Notes under the pieces: model-generated
Database searches by the model: none
Told to the model about the DNA's origin: nothing
The model's input: only the letters and a program-made list of their open reading frames with translations
Source of the DNA: Pseudomonadota bacterium
GTDB lineage: Bacteria > Bdellovibrionota > FAC87 > UBA2466
DNA length: 12,577 nucleotides
Assembly (NCBI GenBank): GCA_043718025.1
Contig: JAYSWN010000067.1
Coordinates: 1 to 12,577, forward strand
Direction of reading: 5' to 3'
Position numbers and translations under genes: made by a program
Part shown: in pieces, positions 7,449 to 12,577 of the stretch
Position numbering within the stretch: position 1 is the first letter of the stretch
How the letters are laid out: each line of letters opens with the position of its first letter

Positions 7449-8477
7449 GTGCGTCTGATACAAATTTTAATTTTGGTTTTGGCCCTCGCCGGAAAGGCTG
7501 GGGGTGAACAAACTTCGCCTACTCTGCAGGAGAGCCGCCAGTGGTTGGTCGAAAAAAAGTTTCTTAAAGACGGTAGTGACCTTGAAAAGCAATCTACCCT
7601 CAAGCTGGTTGGGGCCAGTCTCAGCGACGAAGATCTGCGCTTCCTCATTCCCCTATGCGATCTCAAGAATTTGAAAGGGTTAGACTTAAGAAATAACGAC
7701 CTGCACGGTCCCGGCTTTGAGCGGCTAAAGCGGGAGTGTCCCCGGTTTGAAAGCGTGACTACGCTTGACCTGGCGGAGAACAAAAACTTAACCGACAAAG
7801 CCTTAGCGCACCTCACGCTGTTTCCAAATCTCAGAGAGGTAAATCTTGACGACAACCTACTGATTACCGGCGTGGGTTTCACGGGGCTTTCGCCGTCGTT
7901 GGCGAAGCTGGAAAAATTGTGGCTGGTTCGTTGCCCCCTTTCTAACGAGGGGCTCGATGCGATTGCCGCAATTGAATCGGTGAGAGATTTGGTTTTGGTG
8001 GAAACCAAAATCGGCAACGAGGCGGTGAAGCGGTTCAGTCGCAATCTAATGTCGCTCAATTTAAAGAAAACTCAGTTTGACGATGAAGGGCTTGCCCTTT
8101 TGGCCGGTCGCCTTTCTCTACGCTCGCTTTTGATTGGGGACACGCGTGTGACTTATGAGGGGGTTCGGGCCTCAATTGCCCGCATGAATGACCTTACCGA
8201 GCTTGACCTTTCGGGTTTGAAAATGGGCAAGCACGTTGCCGATCTGGCGGAGCTGCTTTCTAAGGGTAAAATAGAAACCCTGCACCTTAAAATGAGTGGG
8301 TTAACTTGGGAGTTGCTAGCTCCGATGGCAAAACTTGCATCACTAAAAAAACTTCACGTGTACGATCTTGATTTCGAAGTAGGAGAAAACAAGAACATTC
8401 TGCCGGCCAAGAACGATAAACAATTTCACGACTACCGTAATTCACTCAAGTTTAAACCGGTAGAGTTGACCTGGTAG
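7449..8477 (+). CDS. Exported leucine-rich repeat protein
   Basis: Repeated LxxLxLxxN/T units of about 24-27 aa (LKGLDLRNN, VTTLDLAEN, LREVNLDDN, LEKLWLVRC, LMSLNLKKT, LRSLLIGDT, LTELDLSGL). GTG 7449 has GAGG 5 nt upstream and yields a signal peptide; the track start is 7419. Confidence 0.85.
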   Translation: MRLIQILILVLALAGKAGGEQTSPTLQESRQWLVEKKFLKDGSDLEKQSTLKLVGASLSDEDLRFLIPLCDLKNLKGLDLRNNDLHGPGFERLKRECPRFESVTTLDLAENKNLTDKALAHLTLFPNLREVNLDDNLLITGVGFTGLSPSLAKLEKLWLVRCPLSNEGLDAIAAIESVRDLVLVETKIGNEAVKRFSRNLMSLNLKKTQFDDEGLALLAGRLSLRSLLIGDTRVTYEGVRASIARMNDLTELDLSGLKMGKHVADLAELLSKGKIETLHLKMSGLTWELLAPMAKLASLKKLHVYDLDFEVGENKNILPAKNDKQFHDYRNSLKFKPVELTW

Positions 8478-8498
8478 GGTAAACCAAATCAATCTTCT

Positions 8499-8906
8499 TC
8501 ACCGCACGGTTCGGCTGTGAAATGCTTGCCGCAAGGCGATGGCAAAGGGAATCCACCAGATCAGATCGTTAAATACAATGTGCCAACCAAAGGCCAAGGG
8601 CAGGGCGCCTTTCCAGATGGCTTGCAAAAAACCGATTGGGCCAAATACTTTTCCCAAAAAACCCACCAAGACAATCGGCCAATGACGATTTGGATCAAAG
8701 GCGGCAATTGCGTAGCCCACGCCGTAAACCCCCACGATCATGCCGATGCACTGCCAGAACTCAGGGTAGTTGGGTCGGGCCATGCCTATCCAATCAAATG
8801 AAGCGTTGGGAAACAGTACTGCCCACGCCCCCCACAGTAGATTGTAAACTGCGGCGGCAAGTAGAATGTACTTCACCGGTCGTGGGTCATTGAGCCAAGC
8901 AATCAT
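8499..8906 (-). CDS. Conserved multi-TM membrane protein (AAVYNLLWG...WQCIGMIVGVYG...HWPIVLVG family)
   Basis: About four hydrophobic helices. ATG 8906 overlaps the upstream stop (TGATG) and has GGAGG at 8913-8917, giving 135 aa. Confidence 0.8.
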   Translation of the reverse strand: MIAWLNDPRPVKYILLAAAVYNLLWGAWAVLFPNASFDWIGMARPNYPEFWQCIGMIVGVYGVGYAIAAFDPNRHWPIVLVGFLGKVFGPIGFLQAIWKGALPLAFGWHIVFNDLIWWIPFAIALRQAFHSRTVR

Positions 8907-9337
8907 CAAGTGCCTCCAAGCAGGTAGCATAGGATGAGACTGCGGCTCGTCCAAAGTATGGTACGTGGCCAGTTGGTAAGCACTAGGCGTTTGATGACGC
9001 TCGAATCGTATCCCGAACAAAGCTTTTTATGTAAGGGCATGCTCAAGACCCACGTACAAATCCAAATCGAAAATAGGGCCAATAAATTGCACAGCAGCCA
9101 ACCCCAAGGTTCAATGCGTGGATGAAAAAAGACCAACCAAAAAGCGGTGGCTGATTCGAGCAGCATGACCGGAACCACGAGAAAGGAAGTGCCCCGCTGG
9201 TAGGCTAGGGCAAACCTTTCAAAGCCTGAGCGTTCGCTGTGAATAAGGGAGGGGTAGTGCACCAGCTGTACGAACCAGATTACCCCGGTCATCAACGCGG
9301 TGCAAAAAAGGTGGGTTATCCAAATAATCGGCTCCAT
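8906..9337 (-). CDS. Conserved 4-TM membrane protein (GVIWFVQLVHYP...P-x-H...NWPRT family)
   Basis: Four hydrophobic segments with the conserved IWxVQxVHYP, PxH and NWxRT motifs. ATG 9337 sits 2 nt after the regulator stop, giving 143 aa. Confidence 0.8.
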   Translation of the reverse strand: MEPIIWITHLFCTALMTGVIWFVQLVHYPSLIHSERSGFERFALAYQRGTSFLVVPVMLLESATAFWLVFFHPRIEPWGWLLCNLLALFSIWICTWVLSMPLHKKLCSGYDSSVIKRLVLTNWPRTILWTSRSLILCYLLGGT

Positions 9338-9339
9338 GT

Positions 9340-10281
9340 TTACCTGCCTTTCTTGGTCCATGATTCTATAAGCGCATCAAATTCGCTCAAGGAAGACAGC
9401 GACCGGTGCGTGCGCCCAGGCATCACACTTCTTAGGTGAGGAATGGCGCCGGCGCCACCAATCCAAACTTCAACCTGTTTCGGCAACGCGTGGTGGAGTT
9501 TGCGCAGGTATTCTTCAAACGAAATTTTTCTCTCTTCGGCGGGAACGGGGGCGTTGCCGAGCAGCACGATATCGCCTCCCACCGCCCTTACGGCTAGTGC
9601 CAGCGCGTCTATCGGCAGATTGCAGCCCAAAAGGTGGGCCGGAAGGCCGTGGTGGGAGAGTAAGGCGCTGGCCATTAAAATGCCGAACTCATGAAGATCA
9701 TCTTCGGGCGTCGCCAAGACAAAGTGCGCGGCCTCGCTCGAACAGACTGATTGAGCGCCGTAACGCAGGGTTTGGTAAATCTGATCGCGTATTACCGCCG
9801 ATAGGGCGTGTTCGTGGGCAATCGAGAATTCGTTTTTTATCACCATTTCACCGACCCACTTCATGAGTGGAGTCAGTATTTTTAAAACGAAGTCGCGCGA
9901 CCCCAAACTGCTGCGGCGCTGGTCGAGCAGACTGGACACTAAATGAAGATCGAAGCGAGAGAGCCCTTCATTGAGCTGGTGTAAGAAGCGCGCAAAGTCA
10001 TCGCCGGCAACCGCTGGGCGTTGACCGGCGGCTAGCAACTTGTCGAGCTGGGGGTCAGTAAGCTTAGCCACTACCCCCACGTTGTGCCCACCGTTGACCA
10101 ACGCCAAAATTTTTCCTAAGCGCTCAACCTCATGCTCCGAGTAGAGCCGCTGGCCCGAAGCCGAGCGGGCCGGTTCCACGGCACGGTAACGGCTCTCCCA
10201 CGCCCTTAAGGTGTGCGGCCCAATTCCCAACTGCTTGCAGGTGGCCCTAACCGAATAACCGGCTGTTTGTTTCTGACTCAT
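9340..10281 (-). CDS. CarH/LitR-like MerR-family regulator with cobalamin-binding domain
   Basis: N-terminal MerR HTH (TLRAWESRY...PARSASGQRLYS), cap region SIAHEH, DLHEFG cobalamin motif and VWIGG. ATG 10281 has an AAAGGG RBS. Confidence 0.9.
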   Translation of the reverse strand: MSQKQTAGYSVRATCKQLGIGPHTLRAWESRYRAVEPARSASGQRLYSEHEVERLGKILALVNGGHNVGVVAKLTDPQLDKLLAAGQRPAVAGDDFARFLHQLNEGLSRFDLHLVSSLLDQRRSSLGSRDFVLKILTPLMKWVGEMVIKNEFSIAHEHALSAVIRDQIYQTLRYGAQSVCSSEAAHFVLATPEDDLHEFGILMASALLSHHGLPAHLLGCNLPIDALALAVRAVGGDIVLLGNAPVPAEERKISFEEYLRKLHHALPKQVEVWIGGAGAIPHLRSVMPGRTHRSLSSLSEFDALIESWTKKGR

Positions 10282-10317
10282 TTTACCCTTTTCAACTTTG
10301 ATAACAGACCTCAACGA

Positions 10318-10378
10318 TCTACAATACTAGCAAATGTCTAGCTTTTGTGTTGCATTTTATTAGACAAAATGTGATTAT
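10318..10378. promoter_or_regulatory. Divergent promoter region with putative CarH/LitR operator
   Basis: TnnACA-type boxes TCTACA (10318-23), TGTCTA (10335-40) and TAGACA (10361-66), with a second TGT 11 bp after 10335. The plus strand has TTGCAT-N17-GATTAT with TGn, and the minus strand has TGC-TAGTAT (10332-10324). Confidence 0.55.
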
Positions 10379-10413
10379 TGTTAGGTGGTACAGAAGAAGT
10401 GAGGTTTTTAAAC

Positions 10414-11070
10414 ATGTTACGATCGTCAGCGGGAAACGCCCCAATTTTGCTGTCAAACGAGGTTCTTAAGGAACTTGAAATTACGCCGACCGATTCCCAA
10501 AAGCTAGGTTCATCGCCACTTGATCTAGGTGAGCTGGCGGCCAGCCTCATCCTCAGGCAAGTGGGCGAAGACGCAACTAGGGAAGGGCTGATTCGCACTC
10601 CGCAACGTTTCGCTAAAGCGCTAAAAGAGATCTGTTCGGGCTATACCAAGACTTTGCCCGAAGTGGTTGGTGAAGGCGTCTTTGCGGCCGAGGGCAGTGG
10701 GCTCGTGGCGGTGCAAAACGTTGAGTTTTTTAGCCTCTGCGAGCACCACATGCTGCCGTTTTGGGGCAAGGTTAGCGTCGCTTACTTTCCTGACAAAAAG
10801 ATTTTGGGCCTTTCTAAAGTCGCCCGTATCGTTGATCTGTTCGCCAAGCGGCTTCAGGTTCAAGAGCGGCTGACCAATGAGGTGGCTTTAGGGTTGGCCG
10901 AAGCTATCTCTCCGCGTGCGGTAGCCGTGCGGGTGAAAGCCGCGCACACCTGCATGATGATGCGGGGTGTGCAGAAACAGGCCAGCGAAACGGTTACCGA
11001 ATATTTTGTAAACTTAGAAAATTTATCCCCACTAGAGCGAGAACGAATTTTAGTCTCGCTAGGAGAATAG
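10414..11070 (+). CDS. folE: GTP cyclohydrolase I
   Basis: GEDxxREGLxxTPxR, SLCEHHMLPF, GLSKVAR, RLQVQERLT and HTCMMMRGV. ATG 10414 has GAGG at 10401-04. Confidence 0.95.
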   Translation: MLRSSAGNAPILLSNEVLKELEITPTDSQKLGSSPLDLGELAASLILRQVGEDATREGLIRTPQRFAKALKEICSGYTKTLPEVVGEGVFAAEGSGLVAVQNVEFFSLCEHHMLPFWGKVSVAYFPDKKILGLSKVARIVDLFAKRLQVQERLTNEVALGLAEAISPRAVAVRVKAAHTCMMMRGVQKQASETVTEYFVNLENLSPLERERILVSLGE

Positions 11071-11074
11071 TCAG

Positions 11075-12436
11075 ATGCATTATTTAATCACCGGCGCCAC
11101 GGGCTTCGTTGGAAAACCATTGGTCTTAAAGCTTCTGGGCGAAGGCCACAAAGTTACGGTCTTAACCCGCGATCCCGCAAAATCAAAAGCTAAGCTACCT
11201 GCCAACGTAACCCTATTTGCCTGGGATCCCGAAAAAGAGCCGGCCCCGGCGGCCGCCTTTATGGGCGTAGATTCAGTGATTCATCTGGCCGGCGAGGGCA
11301 TTGCGGAAAAGCGGTGGTCGCAAAAGCAGAAAGATAAAATTTATAGTTCACGTATCGTGGGCACGCGAAATTTGGTGCAAACCATTAACCAGCTGGCCAC
11401 GTCGCCCAAATCGCTGGTGAGTTCTTCGGCCATTGGTTTTTACGGCAACCGGGCCGATGAGGCCATCACTGAAACTTCGGCACCGGGCTCTGGTTTTCTT
11501 CCCGACGTTTGCAGAGATTGGGAAAGTGAAGCGAAAAAGGTGGTGGCGCAAGTGCGTTGCGTATTGTTGCGAACGGGGATTGTGCTTGAAAAGGGTGGCG
11601 GCGCATTAAAACCTTTGGTTCCCCTCTTTTCACTTGGCGGCGGTGGCCCCGTGGCGGACGGAAAGCAGTGGATGAGCTGGATCCACCGCGACGACCTGGT
11701 GGATCTTTTGATTCACGCCTCGCGCACCGAAACTTTATCGGGCGCGGTGAATGGCACGGCGCCAAATCCGGTTCGCAATTCGGAGTTTACCAAGGCATTG
11801 GGCAGGGCCCTAAAGCGTCCGGCTTTTCTACCGGCACCGGCCTTTGCTTTGAAAATGGTGATGGGCGAGCTGTCTTGTTTAGTGCTCTTTAGCCAGAATG
11901 TACTTCCCCAAAAAGCGCTGGCCTCGGGTTTTGTCTTCCGCTTTCCGAGCATTCAGGGGGCGCTCGATGCCATCTGTAAAAAAAAAGTGAATTTTCTGCG
12001 TTGCGAGCAACTGATTCGATTGCCGGTTGAAAAGGTGTTTCCCTTTTTTGCCGACGCAAAGAATTTGGAGGCGCTCACTCCGCCCTGGCTTAATTTTAGG
12101 GTGCTCAACAAGACTACGTTGAGTATGCAGACCGGCACGCTAATCAATTACAAATTGGCGGTTCACGGAGTGCCGTTGAGATGGCAATCGGTGATTGAAG
12201 ATTGGGTGCCCAATAAACGCTTTGTTGATCGGCAAGTAAAAGGGCCTTACAGCCATTGGCATCATACCCACACTTTTACCCCTCACGCCGAAGGCACGCT
12301 GATGACCGACGTGGTGGAGTACCGCGTGCCCGGCGGGGCGTTAGGCCAGCTCTTGGCGGGTTGGTACGTAAAACGTGATTTGAGTAAAATCTTTGAATAC
12401 CGACGCCAAAAAGTAGAAGTTCTGTTTAAGGACTAA
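11075..12436 (+). CDS. TIGR01777-family (YfcH/SDR39U1-like) NAD(P)-dependent epimerase-like protein fused to a C-terminal SRPBCC domain
   Basis: ITGATGFVG, HLAGEGI..KRW, SAIGFYG, LRTGIVL, GKQWMSWIH and NGTAPNPVRN, then about 145 aa with VFPFFADAKNLEALTPP...FVDRQVKGPY..WHHTHTF. AGGAG RBS lies inside the end of folE. Confidence 0.92.
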   Translation: MHYLITGATGFVGKPLVLKLLGEGHKVTVLTRDPAKSKAKLPANVTLFAWDPEKEPAPAAAFMGVDSVIHLAGEGIAEKRWSQKQKDKIYSSRIVGTRNLVQTINQLATSPKSLVSSSAIGFYGNRADEAITETSAPGSGFLPDVCRDWESEAKKVVAQVRCVLLRTGIVLEKGGGALKPLVPLFSLGGGGPVADGKQWMSWIHRDDLVDLLIHASRTETLSGAVNGTAPNPVRNSEFTKALGRALKRPAFLPAPAFALKMVMGELSCLVLFSQNVLPQKALASGFVFRFPSIQGALDAICKKKVNFLRCEQLIRLPVEKVFPFFADAKNLEALTPPWLNFRVLNKTTLSMQTGTLINYKLAVHGVPLRWQSVIEDWVPNKRFVDRQVKGPYSHWHHTHTFTPHAEGTLMTDVVEYRVPGGALGQLLAGWYVKRDLSKIFEYRRQKVEVLFKD

Positions 12437-12439
12437 CTA

Positions 12440-12503
12440 GTTCCTGTCGGGAAATGAAAATATCCGCCCGAAGGGCGGGCCTAAATTTCTTCCCGACCGG
12501 AAC
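12440..12503. terminator. Long hairpin closing the folE operon
   Basis: Outer stem GTTCCTGTCGGGAA / TTCCCGACCGGAAC and inner stem CCGCCC-GAA-GGGCGG, starting 3 nt after the stop. Confidence 0.6.
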
Positions 12504-12531
12504 GTGTCCTGAGGCGCAGCCGAAGGATCTC
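12504..12531 (+). repeat. REP-like element (TCCTGAG...CGAAGGATCT class)
   Basis: GTGTCCTGAG-GCGCAGC-CGAAGGATCTC has the same stem/GAG/hairpin/GAA/stem layout as 4574-4604 with a different stem sequence. Confidence 0.55.
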
Positions 12532-12577
12532 GTTGTACCCGGCAGAGCCGTTCTTGAGGCACGCTCGCCTGTGCCCA

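Noticed and set aside
7433..8059. 208-aa antisense ORF
   Set aside because: Lies almost entirely opposite the LRR gene and is Ser/Arg-rich with no motif, so it is a shadow ORF.
8907..9020. N-terminal extension of the 173-aa ORF
   Set aside because: Overlaps the upstream gene. ATG 8906 has GGAGG and a TGATG coupling.
10282..10413. Longer starts for the regulator (10314) and folE (10378)
   Set aside because: ATG 10281 and ATG 10414 have RBSs and leave room for the divergent promoters.

Overview
Bacterial chromosomal window of roughly 50% GC with no rRNA, tRNA, CRISPR array or intact transposase. The left and middle parts hold several orphan-like exported proteins (an HExxH protein, an unknown protein, an alpha/beta hydrolase, a WCGPC thioredoxin-tailed protein and an LRR protein), a Cys/His transglutaminase-like conserved protein, and a CAD-family Zn alcohol dehydrogenase. 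The right part is a divergon: an atypical CarH/LitR-like MerR + cobalamin-binding regulator and two membrane-protein genes on the minus strand, facing folE and a TIGR01777-SRPBCC fusion on the plus strand, with a TGTCTA...TAGACA operator candidate between them. Signals not shown in the ORF track: an internally deleted GIY-YIG nuclease remnant between inverted REP-like repeats (4574-4779), a sigma54-type promoter with an adjacent IHF consensus site (7102-7137), a multi-stem non-coding element (7223-7386), a 10-bp inverted repeat that frames the HExxH gene, a 56-aa membrane microprotein ORF and a partial exported-protein gene at the left edge. All family calls come from motif recognition, not database searches.
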